From Sphyrna mokarran (taxonomy: Eukaryota), in the NCBI GenBank assembly GCA_024679065.1, contig JAGIQG010000006.1, positions 110,236,001-110,300,000 on the forward strand: DNA of 64,000 bases, written 5' to 3'. Below the pieces are notes generated by a model. The model was not told the origin of the DNA. It saw only the letters and a program-made list of their open reading frames with translations, and did not search any database. Below are positions 37,358-50,785 of this stretch, one piece after another. The position numbers and the translations under genes were made by a program. Position 1 is the first letter of the stretch. Each line of letters starts with the position of its first letter.

Positions 37358-37756
37358 ACTGATGTTGCCTAACTTCTCAAATCTTTCTAGCACTTGCTGT
37401 TCTTACTTCAGATTTGAACCATTCACTATATTTTGCTTCTGTGTTAGCATTTAATTCACTGCAACTCCTTTCCCAGAAAAGTCTATCCTGAAAATGTGTT
37501 TTTTTTCTCTGATAGGATTCCCATTTGTCTCTGCTGCCTTATTCATCTCCATTGTTTTGTTTTTCGTATTTAATTTAAGAATTTACTAAAATACGTTTTT
37601 ACAGCCACATTTCTTTCCTTGGCGATTGTCTCTAGCCAAAGTAGTTCCAAGATATTCAATGGTCTTTGAACCACACATTGATATCTATGTATATTCTCCA
37701 CCTTCCTCTTTGGCAGACTCAACTCACTCCCAAATATCTTGGTCTGCAGTTCCATT

Positions 37757-38047
37757 TCATAGAATCATAGAATCCCTACAGTTCAGAAGGAGGCCATTCA
37801 GCCCATTGATCGTGCATCAATACCCAGGCACTATGCCCATAACACTATATATTTACCCTGCTAATCTCCCTAACACTAAGAGGCAGTTTACCATGGACAA
37901 TCTACCAAACACATACATCTTTGGACGCAGAGGAACCCGCACAGACACGAGGAGAACATGCAAACTCTACACAGAATTGACCTGAGGCCAGAATTGAATC
38001 CTGGCACTGTGAGGCAGCAGTTCTAACCACTGTGCCATCTTGCCGTC
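37757..38047 (-). mobile_element. HE1 SINE (variant A)
   Basis: Head and (TTCTATGA)n tail. Confidence 0.85.
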
Positions 38048-38909
38048 CTAAATCATCTGGTACTTGGACAAAAATCTGCCCTTCCAGGAGTCAGTAATCA
38101 CAAGCTTCTAGATTTTGCATAATAATATTTCTCCCAGATCCTTTCTCTCATTCACTTTCTTTTCACACCATCCATTCTTCCAATTTCATCCCTTGCGTGT
38201 TTTCATTACTCCCTCTGACCTTATCCTCTCTCGTCCCAAATGATCTGTCCTTTGCAAGGGCTCAGCTTCATCCCCTTACATCCCATCTCAATGAATTTCA
38301 AACTCTCTGTTTTTATTTTAGATTTCTAGCATCCGCAGTATTTTTTGCTGTTGAGGAAAAAAAGCTTGTTTTGTCCCCAAAACCAACTGTTAAAAAGGGT
38401 TATAGATCCAGACTGCGCACATCACTAAATCGGTTTGCTGAACTGTAATTGAACTTGAACTTGCTGCTACTTCATGTTTTGTGTCTGAACTGAAACTGAC
38501 TGCATGTATTAAACTGGATCCTCCTCCATAATGAGACCCAAGGAACTGTAAAAGTAAGTGTATTGTAGCTAGAGGATAACTACAGAAATTATGTTTTATG
38601 TTTCTCATTAAAGAGGGAAGTTATATAGCAATCAACGTAAGTTAAATCAGAGGCCACATTGCATCAAAAAGTATTAAATGACAGAGTTCAAAGGTAACCT
38701 GCTAATTTGCAGCAATATAGAATACTTTAAAGTTAAAGTCTGGACTGAGGAGCATAGGGGTTTGGCAGGCTGCCTTTCAATCCCCCAAAACCCAAGTTCA
38801 ACTCTAAACCTAACTGATGGGGTCAGGATATCCCATTTGACAGCTATAGTAGATTTAGCATCCAAGTTTAAACTTTACTGATGGATTTTCACCAGGATTT
38901 ATCTTTTAA

Positions 38910-39800
38910 TTCATTTATAGGGTTGTGGGTTAATCCTGGTTAAGCCAGCATTCATTGTCCATCTGTATATGACCTTGAGAGGGCGGTGGTGAGCTGTTTT
39001 CTTCTGAACCGCTACTATCCATATGGTGTAGGTACATCCACAATGCTGCTCGGGAAGACAGTCCAGGACTTTGATACAATGGCAGTGAAGGAACACAATA
39101 TATTTCTATGTCAGGAAGTTGAATGATCTGGAGAACTTCCAGAGGTTGGTCTTCCCATGTGTTTGTAACCCCTTCTAGATGGTAGTGGCCAGAGTTTTGA
39201 AGGTGCTGCCTAAGGTGCCTTGCTGAGATCCTTCAGTGCATTTTGTAGGTGGTACACACTGTTCATCATCGGTGGAGGGAGCAAATGTTTATGTAAGGGG
39301 CGCCAATAAAATGGGCTGCTTTGCCCTGGATGATATTGGGCTTTTTAAGTATTGTTGGAGCTGCATTCATCCAGGTAAATGGAAAGTATTCCATCACACT
39401 CCTGACTTGTGCCTTGTAGATGGTGGACCAACTTTGGTGAGGCAGGAAGCGAGTTTCTTGCTACAGAATTCCCAGTTTCTGACCTGCTGTTGTAAGCCAG
39501 TATTCATATAACTAGTCCAGTTCAGTTTCTGGTCAATGGTAACTCCCAGGATGTTGATAATGGGGGATTCAGCATTGGTAACGCCATTGACTGTTGATGG
39601 TTGGATTCCCTCTTGTTGGAGATGGTATTGCTTGCCACTTGTGTAGTGCAAATGTTACTTGCCACTTATCAGTCTAGACCTGGATATTGTCCAGGTCTTG
39701 CTATATTTGGATGTGAACTGATTTGGTATCTGAGGAGTGGCAAATAGTGCTGAACATTGTGCAATCATCCCCACTTCTGACCTTATGATGGAAGGAAGTT
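38910..39800 (-). mobile_element. L2/Crack-like LINE 3' part
   Basis: ESPIINILGVTIDQKLNWTSYMN; tail shared with the DeuSINE. Confidence 0.85.
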
Positions 39801-40810
39801 CATAGAGTTATGCAGCACAGAAAGAAGCTCCTTGGTCCATTGTATTCACACCAGCCATTAAGCAGCTATCTATTCTAATCCCATTTTCCAACATTTGGTC
39901 CACAGCCTTCTATGCTATATATTGCAAGTGCTCATCTAAATGCTTTTTAAATGCTGTGAGGGTTCCCACCTCTAACACCTGAGAGGCAGTGAGTTCCACA
40001 TTCCCAGCACCCTGTGGATGAGGAAACTTTTTCTCAAATTCCTTCTAAATATCATGCCCCTTATCTTAAATGTATGCTCCCAGTTTTTGACTCTTTCACT
40101 TCTTCCTATTTACACTATCTATATCTCTCATTATTTTGTACACCTCAATCAGGTCTCTCCTTTATCATCTCTGCTCTCAGGAAAACAACCCCAGCCTAAC
40201 CAGCTTCTCCTCATAGCTGAAACGTGCCAGCCCCAAGCAACATCCTGGTGAATCTTTTCTACATCCTTTCTACTGCAATCATATTCTTCCCATAATGTAG
40301 TGACCAGTGCTGCATAGAGTAATCCAAATGTGGCAAAACAAGCACTTTTTAACCATAATCTCTCGGCTCTTATATCCAAACCATAACTATGACAGGCAAG
40401 TATCCCATATGTCTTCTTAGCTACATTATCTACCTGTCCTGCTGCTTTCAGGGATATTTGGGCACATATTTTAATGTCCATCTAGTCCTCTGTACTTTCC
40501 AGCATCTAACTGTTCATTGTGTATTCTCCCTTGCCTTGTTAGCCCTCCCAAAATCCTATCACCCTAACATTTTTCAAGGTTAAATTCAATTTGACATGTT
40601 CTGCCCACCTTACCAGCCTGTCTATATTGTCCTGTAATCTAAAGCTTTCCTCCTCGCTATTTACCATGCTGTCAATTTTTGTATCATTGGCGAACTTACT
40701 GATCATACCTTCTACATTCATGTCTAGATCCTTAATGTACACGACAAACAGCAAGTCATTCAACATCAATCCCTGCAGTGTACACTGGACAGAGACTTCC
40801 AGTCACAGAA
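39800..40810 (-). mobile_element. Degenerate CR1 LINE 3' part
   Basis: LLFVVYIKDLDMNVEGMISKFANDTKI and SLKAAGQVDNVAKKTYGILA. Confidence 0.9.
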
Positions 40811-41494
40811 ATGAAACCAGGGACTGAGTGATCCTGGCAGAACCCAAACTGGCAGGCTTAGGGTTAAGAAGGTTTGATGCCTCTCTACTGTTCTTTTCAA
40901 TATCAATGTAACATGATCATGTCTCATTAATTTGACTCTAGACAGAGCACAGAAATATTTGGACAAGTTATACTGAGGTAACAGCAGACAAATGTATTTC
41001 CTATGACTGAAGCATATATAATGGGGATCCACTATAAACATAGTTACTGCATTCAATGTTTCTTTATATCCTTTACCACCAAAACTAGGTTCAACTTTTT
41101 ATAAGAAAAATGTATTTCAAACTGTTTTTGCTAAATGAATTCAAACTCTATTCTGAAGCTAAAGTGGCCTGAATTGAGAACATTTGGGTAATTTGCATAA
41201 CATGATTAATGTCTCTTACATCATTTAAAATAGTATTCAATTGCCTAGGATCATTTTTCATTTGACCTGATAATAGTCTGTTTAGATTGGAAGATGAATA
41301 TTTGTACAGAAGGGAAAAGAAATCTTATGCAGGAATAAGTCCTTCCAATGACACCTAATGTAATTGAGCCTTTACCATATGTTAAAATGTTTTTGAAATG
41401 ACATTATGAATTTTGGTGATGATAATGAAATTGAATATGATATAAGTCATAATATAATCTAAGTGATAATTTGAACAAGCCAATAAAGGTCATA

Positions 41495-42690
41495 CAAAAT
41501 AACAGAAAGTGCTGTAAAAACTCAGCAGCTCTGTCCACATCTGTGGAGGAAGGAAGAGAGTTAACAGTTCAAGGTGGGGTGGGAGAGGGAAGAGATTTTC
41601 CCATCCCACCTGAATCATGATAAGTGGGGAGAAGGAGGGAGGGATGGCATACAATGGTCTTGACCCAAAACCAGTAAACCCACTCTTCAAGTCAGTATGA
41701 TTTTTCTTCAGAGCTAAAGAGAAGGAGAAATGTAATGGGTTTAAGAAGAAGAGCAGGTCAACAAAATAGATGTTTAAGGATTTGACCAAGATATCATGAG
41801 CACAAGACAAAGGGATTGTTACTGATGGTGTTAAAGACATTTGAAGATGCTGACAGTGGCATAAAGGTAAGATAGCCAAATAAGGTTCTACCTAAGAGCA
41901 AGTGACATATGACCCTGCAGGGGAGATTGGCAGGAGGGCCTTGAGAAAACAAAAATGATTTAAAAAGGAGGGTTAAGATGGAGGTTAAAGTTCTCAGTCT
42001 GAAGTTGCTGAACACAATGACAAGTCCAGAAAGCCATAAAGTGCCTAACCAGAAGATGAGGTGATCTTCCTTCAGTTTGTGTTGGGCTTCACTTGAATAT
42101 TATAGCAGGCCAAGGATAGACATGTGGTGTGACAGCAAGATGATGAGTTGAAATAGCAGGTAACGAGAAAATGGGGATCATGCTTATAGATTAAGCAAAG
42201 GTCTTGTGCAAAGCAGGCACCCAGTCTGCCGTTAGTCTTCCCAATGTAGAGGAGACTGTATTGAGAGCAGCGAATACGTAGACCAAAGTAAAGGAGGTGC
42301 AAGTGAGGTGCTTCACCTGAATGGACTGTTTGGGGCCTTTACTGTTGAGAAGGGAGGAGATAAAGGGGGGAGATTTTGCAATTGCGTGGGAAAGTGCTTG
42401 GGAAGGGCATGAATAGTTGGGAGTGTTGGAAGAATGCATCAGGGAGTGCTCTCTGTAAAATGCTGACAGGGGGCTGAGGACAAAGTTTGTGTGGTGGTTG
42501 GCAGGTTTGGCAAAGAATCACTTCGTGAATACAGAGACAGGCGAACTGAAAAGTGAGAACAAGGGGAACCCTATCATGGTTCTGGGAGCAAAGGGGTGAG
42601 GGCAAATGTGCTCAGGATGGGGTGGACATGGTTGAGCACAACTTGGGGAACCCTCTGCTCAGGAAAAAGGGAGATATATCAGAAGTGCTG
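41495..42690 (-). mobile_element. Penelope-like element 3' part (GIY-YIG endonuclease relic and terminal repeat)
   Basis: NHDRVPLVLTF, IRCSQYSLLYIGKTNGRLGACF and VTCYFN match the PLE GIY-YIG domain. Confidence 0.85.
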
Positions 42691-43077
42691 TTTTGCCCGT
42701 TTTAGCTAATTGTGCACTTGTAAAAAGATCAAACCATCCAAAACCTCATTAATTCTGTCTAATTATACATATGTGTTTAAAAGAAAGGCAGAATTCTCTT
42801 CAAAGGTTTCTGGAGGAAAATTGGAATGACTTATTTTTTGAATTAAAGGTCAATGCAACATAAGGTGGCAATTAAACATCATTGAAATAAATGACATCAC
42901 CCTTCAACTTTTTTCATTGGCCCATCATATCAAGATCCTAATTGTCACAACTTTTGAGGTTTGGAAGCTGAAAAAAGATCACAAGATTTTAATTATTCTT
43001 GGTTAAATACGACAACCCTTGTTTTATCTTTAGGCAGTATCTGTGGATCTATAAAGACAGGAACAGAGTTAACCAAA

Positions 43078-44100
43078 AAATAAAAGCAAAATACTGTGCG
43101 GATGCTGGAATTTGAAACAAAACCATGCAATTGGAGAAAATCTCAGCTGGTCTGACAGCAACTGTGGAGAGAGAATAGAGCCAATGTTTTGCATCTGGAT
43201 TACCCTTCATAAACAATTCAGTTTGATGACTTCTCTTCAAACCTCAGTGACAGGAGTGCAGTTTTGTAGCTATGCTAAAGGCTAGATGAAAAATCATCGG
43301 CCTGAAACATTGGTTAGAATTTTGCCAGCTGACAATATCAATCTTAATTCCTCGTCAGGAACACAGAAGTGGCCATGGCAGGACATCAATTGTGATCCAA
43401 TTCCAGTGGAGGTCAATTGAGAAGCAGTCTCAGGGAACTTGTCCAATTAAGGATGGTGGGCAGATCAGAAAACCAGCAGTACCAGGAGGAGGGTTCTCAG
43501 AAGTGGCAGCCCCACTGGTAGAGGTGAGTACTGCTGAGGCAGGCAGAACAGCGAAGGCACTTTAATCAAGGGGTGCTTCTGAAACATTGTGAAATTGTCA
43601 TAGAACTCCAACAGTGCAGAAGAGACCATTTAGCCCATCGTCTCTGAACTGACTCTCTGACAGAGTATCCTACCCTCTCTCCCTGCCCAATTCCTGTAAC
43701 CCCACACATTTACCACATAATCCACCTAACCTGTGCATCTTTGGACTGTAGGAGGAAACCAGAGCATTCAAGGGAAACCCACGCAGACAAAGGGGGAATA
43801 TGCATACTCCACATAGACAATCACCCAAATCCAGATTGGACCTGGATCCCTGTAGGTGTGAGGCAGCAGTGCTTTCTATTGTGCTACTATGTTGGAAATT
43901 GTGCACGGATAAAAATCTAATGCCCATGGCTTTGGGAGTGAGGAATTTAAGGGAGGTTGCCTCCAAACCCAACTCTGCAGGAAAATTCAGCCTGTTAGTT
44001 TGGCTTCTTCCTTCATGGATGCTGCCTAACCTGCGGAGTGATTTCCAATATTCACTGTTTTTGTTTCAGATTTCCAGCAACTGAGATATTTTGCTTTTAT
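43078..44100. mobile_element. Inverted Penelope-like terminal repeats enclosing a MITE and an HE1 SINE (43599-43893, minus)
   Basis: 43078-43215 'aaaagcaaaatactgtgcggatgctggaatttgaaacaaaa' is inverted at about 44055-44100. Hammerhead-like remnant at about 43283-43312. Confidence 0.6.
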
Positions 44101-44479
44101 TTTCTCTGCAGCAGCATATTGCTGAGTCATAGCCTAAAGGAAAGGATACAACCCAGGAATATCCAGAATTGTGGATGGAAATGTAGTGCTATGTAGAGCT
44201 GTGATTTTAGAATGTTAACATTTAAGCCAATTTAAAGTTCAAAACTCACCATTGTTTATTTTTGGGGCAAACATGGTTTCTAGTCATTTTTCACAGAACA
44301 AAACATGCTGAATGAACACAAAGTTTAATAAAACAGTTTATTTATTTCTTATAAATTGAGAGCCAGGATGATTCATTTTGATGCCTTCTGATTTCAGACC
44401 AGTCATTTGGGGAATTGTTAAAATTAAACAGCTTCTCTGGAGCTTGGATAGAAAATGTTACACATTATTATCACATTAT

Positions 44480-44830
44480 GGGCAGCATGATGGCACTGTG
44501 GTTAGCACTGCTGCCTCAAAGCTCCAGGGACCCAGGTTCATTTCAGGCCTTGGGTCACTATCTGTGTGGACTTTGCACATTCTCCCTGTCTCTGCATGCG
44601 TTTCCTCCGGGTGCTCCGGTTTCCTCCCACACTCCAAAGATGTGCAGATTAGGTTGATTGGCCATGCTAAATTTCCCCTCAGTATCTCAAGGCATATAGG
44701 CTGGATAGATTAATGATGGTAAATGTGTGGGTTATGGGGATAGGGCGGGAGAGAGGGTCTAGATAAACTCTGCCAGAAAGTAAAGGCAAACTCAATGGAT
44801 GAATGGCCTCTTCTGCACTGTAGGGATTCT
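44480..44830 (+). mobile_element. HE1 SINE (variant A)
   Basis: Full head, V-domain and tail. Confidence 0.9.
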
Positions 44831-46379
44831 TTGGAGAAACATCTGGTTCTGCTAGTTCCTCTCTCTCTTCAAAAAGTTTACAATTTTCTTGATAAATGAA
44901 AGATTCTTTAATTTGTGAGAAACTTACATCTTTCTGTTTATTTTTGTAGTTGTCAGACTGTTGAGGCATAATGGAACCAGAGTTCCCAGTCTACTTCCCA
45001 AGCCCTTTTCCTGGAGTCTGTCCTTTACTGTCCTTTTGTGCCAAGTACAGGTCTTCTTCTTCATATAGAGTTATTTGGACACTGGTTCCTGATTGGTGTC
45101 CTAATATATCAGCAGTTAAAGATATTTACTCACAGCTCCTCCAGGGACTGCTATCTTCTGTCCTTGAAGAGAAATGTCCCAGAGTCTGAGGAGAATGTGC
45201 TAGACTATCATAATTGTCCCTTTCAGCACAGACCCACAGTTATGATAGTACCAGTCTATGCTACCATTTACTATGGCAGCAAATTTAGATCTCATTACTT
45301 CAGAGCTTCCATTGTAGCAATTATACATTGGGTGATTTCTGTCTGAGTCAAATTGAAATCTGAACCAGTGACTTCCAGAAGCTGCATTTTGGATCTCCAA
45401 TTACTGTCACATCACTGGCTACCCATTTGCCTTGTGAAACATATGAGCCCAAAAGCATCATGCCACTCTTTGCTAAGTTGGATTTGGACTTGTCAGAAGT
45501 AAAAAAAATCACATGAGCCTTGGAGACCGTGTTGAACTTCGAGGAAAGTTTTTATTCCACGTGCATGAGGGAAAGATAAAGTCGGGTCTGAAATCCCAGG
45601 TTGCTGTGAGTTCTCTCTGCCCATCGTAGGTTTGTATAGGCTATTGTACTTTTCTGTGTCATAAAGTTTTACATTATTATATTAATTCCCTGAGTTGTAT
45701 ACAAGATGGTTCTTTTAATCTCATCATGCCAATACATGGTTTAGTATATCACTGCTAATCATTTCTCCAGAAATCTCCCACATACTCTATTATAATGTCA
45801 AAGCGTTGTGTTTGCCCAACCGATCTACAGGGATGTGTTAATTGCTCCCCCCTCTGCTAGGTGATCATGTTTTCCGGAAAACAATGACCTGCCTAGACTG
45901 CACGGAGCCTGGCTGTCTCAATGCCACTTCTCTCATTGTCTTGATAAATCGGAAAGATCTCCTGTGCGTTACTATTGTTAGAAGTTGATAGTATATGTTA
46001 ATCAGCAGAGCAGGCCTTTAACTTTCTGTGTTAACTCTTTTCTTCCACCTGTTGCAGCCTGATTCTCTAGATTTGCTCTAAGTAACTCTGCATTTATTAC
46101 ACTGAAATCAAACAAAATATGAATGGACACATAAATTAAAATATAAAAGAAATGATTCCTAACTTTGTCCTGCAACATGAGTCCTCTATGCTCCTTGACA
46201 TTGACAAGAGGTTGTGTGGCAGATCAGCAAATGCACTGAACATTATATTCTGCACTTTTATCATGGTTTTCCTGAGTGCTGTCCTCTCAATATTCTCATC
46301 CAATTCCCCAACAGCAGAACTTTGTGACTTTGTCCTCCAATAAGCTGGCATGTGAGCTTGCTACAGCTAAATAGTTGAG

Positions 46380-47056
46380 GTAAATGGAAGCAGTGATATT
46401 CGGCTATAAGGCTGACATTATTGAATGGTGTGTAAGTGTGAGGGGGATTATCTGAATGTAAGGTCTGAATCTTAACTCTAGGGACTGATGCTATGGTGCA
46501 TTGAGCAAGACGAGAGGTTGGAATTGTGATGGACAAGAGGGGTCATGTGAAGATACATTCACCGACCTTGACCATGGAAATATTTTCATGCCAAGGTCTT
46601 GGGGACCAAACTCCTTAAACTGACCTCCTTGTCCATCTGCTCCCATTCTCTTCAGAAGGCATTCCTTGGTGGCCTGCTCATGGAAACATAATCTGTCTGT
46701 CAATAGACCCTTGAGTAGTACATCCATGCGTATGAGAGCCTTTTTTTTTGCTCTGGCTTGTTTTCAATTCTAGATAATTGCAGTACTGGCAGTCAACAGC
46801 AGCTTTGTTTCAATCAGTGCTGCTGACGTTTAAGAGGGACCGGCTGCCTTTTAAAGCTGCAGGCTAGCTACAATATGTGCTGGCTTCTCATGCTGTTAGG
46901 TACCCTGTTGAATGGGTAGTGGTCATGCTTTTCAGAATGCTACAATCAGATAAAATGAGAAGGAATCACAAAGTTTGCTTGCTGCATGTTTTTACGGAAC
47001 CAGGTCACAAACTCCAACCCCCAGGCTTGAAAATGTGCAGGCAAATTTTTAGCCCT
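46380..47056 (-). mobile_element. Harbinger relic with Myb/SANT exon remnant and TIR
   Basis: Frameshifted MDVLLKG...W..MDKEVSLRSLVPKT...HGQGRS; terminal 'gcaaatttttagccc'. Confidence 0.5.
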
Positions 47057-47369
47057 AAATTAATCTATTCAGCAGGTTGCACAGTGTCCCTAAGGTGTTA
47101 AGGTAAACCTGGTCTCTTGTGCCTAATGCACAATAGAAAGCTGCAGACAATCTGTTGTACCACCTCTAAAATACTCCTGTTCCAAGAATGTTGCTGCACT
47201 CAGAGATAACTACATAGGTTTGCAAAGAGAACAAAGCACAGCATTGGGCTGAAAATTCAAACAACATGCCTTGTCATTCAGTGGGACCAAATCAGAACCT
47301 GTGAATTGTTGTCCTCCTATTTAATCCTAAATTGAGATTCAAATCCCACTCGCATTTTTAATCTGTGCA

Positions 47370-48105
47370 CTGTGTCCATTAGCCCTTTCATTATGAATAC
47401 TTTTATCAACACTTTTACCACCTTCAAGCTCAATTATTTGACTGTTCTCCTTTCTGGCATCTTCACCCTCCATAAACCCCAATTTATCAAGAGAAATCCA
47501 CTCATATCCAAATCTATATGTTCATCAGCATATACTGACTTTCTGGCTGACAGAAATTAAATTCCTCACATTTAAACCACCCCAAAGTCTACACTCTAAT
47601 CCAGCTTGAATTCCATGATGTGGAGATGCCGGCATTGAACTGGGATGGATAGAGTAAGAAGTCTCAAGCATTGAGTTAAAGTGCAACAGGCTTATTTGAA
47701 ATCACAAGCTTTCAGAGCACTGCTCCTTCATGCTGTGAGGCTTTTCAGCATGAATTCCCAGCACATCACAACTCCCAGTCATTGGCAGTGTGAAGTCTGC
47801 TGAACCTGGCGGTTTTATGCACCCCCACCCAAGCCTTCCCCCACCGCCTTTTATACACCCAACAGTGATAGCAGAGCCTTCAGCCTGGCCACACTTTCTG
47901 GAACTCCCTCACTAAATCCATTCACTTTTCTACATCAACCTCCTCTTTTAAGTGTCAGCTCAAAATCCATTTTTTTTAACCTAGGTTTCCATCACCCTTC
48001 TTAATCTCTCCTTCTACAGATCACCAACTGTTTCCCATCATGAACTGCCTCAGGAGCATTTTTTGTTAGCTCTGAAGCCACTATATAAAGAAAAATTTAT
48101 TAATA
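47370..48105 (+). mobile_element. Old L2 3' part interrupted by a Penelope pseudo-LTR piece (47615-47735)
   Basis: L2-like 'gcagagccttcagcc...tctggaactccctc' and tail 'cactatataaag'. The insert begins atgatgtggagatgccggc. Confidence 0.65.
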
Positions 48106-48589
48106 ATATTGCATTAGGTAATGTGTGGTGAAGAAGATGAAATTTGACTCTAACAAAATTTACAATAATACTGAGTATACCTCTGATAGAACTAATGTTC
48201 TTCTCTGGTAATAAATATGTTAAAGAAACCCATGCACAGATAAACTCCTGTTTATGGATTCTTATTTCATCCAAGAATAAGTGTTGTTATTGCAATGAAG
48301 TATTTTCACTTAGTTTGATTTCTTTCTATCTAACAAATGAATTCAATGGTAGGACTTATTACTCCGTTCCTTATGCTGTGTTGCATCAACCAAATGACTC
48401 AGCTATTTTTTTAAAGTAAGGTAACTTGGCACTAATACTGTTAGTAACAGATAGATCTTTGTTTTATTATAGTTAGTTCTGCGAAAATTCACCAAGATGA
48501 TTCTTCTTGCATTCCATGGATTGTGCCTGTAATTGGGATTGAAATATTTGTGATATCTCAACATTGAGTCATGATTTAATAATTAAACA

Positions 48590-48800
48590 TGTCCAAAGAT
48601 ATGCAAGTTGGGTGGATTGGCCATGCTAAGTTGCCCATACTGTGCAAAGGTGTGTAAATTAGATGAATAAGTCATCGTAAATGTGCAGGGAAACAGGGAT
48701 GGGGCAGGGTGGGCCTGGTTGGATGCTATTTTGAAGAGTCAGAGCAGACTCAATGGGTTGAATATCCTCCTTCTACACTGTAGGATTCAATGGTTCTATG
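48590..48800 (+). mobile_element. HE1 SINE 3' half
   Basis: 'gtccaaagat...ggattggccatgctaa...cagactcaatggg...tacactgtaggattc'. Confidence 0.85.
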
Positions 48801-50339
48801 TAAGGTAAAAGGTTGTTTGAAGGTGAGTGATTTGTGATTGAAATCACAGAAATTATTACCATGTCTATTTCTTTTTCCATTACATTGTTCTATTGTTCCT
48901 TTTCATACCAAACACTAATTGAAATAATATTTTGGCCTTGCAATTTAGAGGCATCCACCTTTTAGCACTCAGTGTTGCCAGGCCCCATGCCAGAATGGTG
49001 AGGTTGGAGACTCCCTGATGTTAAACCTCAAATCTCATTTAATGGAACCAACTTGGAACAGGTTAAAAAGTCATGAGGACTGCTAAGAAATCAGACCATT
49101 GCTAACACTGCACCACTCTTAAGTAAATAGCTGTGAATGGAGGTGAGGAGGGAGTGAGACAACTTGGAATAATGTCCATGGCCTGGGAGATGCATAGGAG
49201 AAATTGCAGTTGAGGGGCTCAGAGCTGAGGTAAAGAGAGGGTTTAGACCTAGTTGTGGGAGATTGGGAGAGGATTTAAGGGCATGAGTTAAAAACATGCT
49301 GTTTGTTCTACCCCAATATGGTAGGTAGTACATCTTCGTTTGGGAGGTGCCCTTTCCTGTCTTCTATTATGAGGTCATAGCATATCACTGTGGTAATGTG
49401 ATCTCTTTGAGAGCCACATGATCAGGTCGATCTCTATGGAAAGACTGAGTGTTTTCCAATCGAGCCCACAGACTTAGTTTAGTGTTGATAAAGGAATGAA
49501 TTTTGTAGCCAGATTTACTCTAAGTGGCAAAAAATATTAACACAAAGGAATTAAGTTAAGCAACTTTCAGGTTCATGCAATATAGTGATATGATTTTCTT
49601 TCCTCTGTTTGTGACTTTCAAAAGCAGAGCAGAGCCAATCTGAATCAAGTACGCATACTCCGGGATGTGGAGAAACCTCAGTTGGAGCCAGTTCGGTCAG
49701 ACACTTGACTTGGCTATACAGCATTGTTAATGAATTAATTATTACATGAAGCCACAAATCAGCTTTAATTTTATTACAAACAGATTACAGTAAAAAAATT
49801 GTATATAGCTACTGCCTCAGCACTCACTTAGGAAAAAATACTCCACTAACATTCAGTATTAATATTAGTATTAATATTCTTCTGAGGAAGATACTCTAAC
49901 TTCTGACAAATGCATTTATCAGTATGTCGGGACCATACAACATCAGCCAACCACTGAAACAGATCTCATCGTAAACTATGACGAGATTTTTTTGTTTATG
50001 AGTAAAAGTTAATGACTCTTCTGTGTTCACTCGCTGAGTTCCAGTACATATTTCAAGCACTGTTACTAAAACTTATCCGATATCTGGCCCATTTCATTCA
50101 AAACTAATATTATTCAGATGGTGTTCAAATTCTATGCATTCTTTATGTGATCTTTGTCATCTTAAAGATTTTGGAAGTCACAAACAGAGGAAAGAAAATT
50201 TCATCATTATATTGCATGAACCAGGAAGTTGCTTAACTGGATAATTCCTTTGTGTTAATATTTTCTGCCACTTAGAGCAACGTGGTTATAAAATTCATTC
50301 CCTTGATCAATACTAAACTAAGTTTGTGGTTTCGATTAT

Positions 50340-50599
50340 AATGTAGAGATGCCAGCATTGGACTGGAGTAAACACAGTAAGAAGTCTCACAACACCAGGT
50401 TAAAGTCCAACCGGTTTATTTGATAGGAATTCCACAAGCTTTCGGAAATGGTGTTCTTTCATCGGGTGTGTAAAAGGTTCCTATCTTGTGGAAGAACCTT
50501 CCACACACCTGACAAAGGAACACCATTTCTGAAAGCTTGTGGGATTACTATCAAATAAACTGTTTGGACTTTAACCTGCTGTTGTGAGATTTCTTACTG
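50340..50599. mobile_element. Palindromic Penelope-like pseudo-LTR pair with one hammerhead motif per arm
   Basis: About 105-bp inverted arms (50376-50480 and 50495-50599). Motif cac-CTGACAA-aggaa..ttct-GAAA-gctt-gtg, with an inverted counterpart. Confidence 0.8.
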
Positions 50600-50656
50600 G
50601 GTTAGATTATAACCATACAAGTGAATAGTTTTGTACAAGTTAAATTCTCATTCTGT

Positions 50657-50785
50657 GGGTGGGATTTTCTGGCTGTTTTCGCCACAAGGTTGAAAAATTC
50701 CACCTGTTGTCCAGGGATGCTTGGATGGTCTGTGTCCTGCCTGCTATGATTCCCCCGTGAAGGACGGGATGGGAAAATTCCACCC
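50657..50785. mobile_element. Harbinger-type MITE
   Basis: TIRs gggtgggattttc / gaaaattccaccc, with a 3-bp TSD TGT on both sides. Confidence 0.85.
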
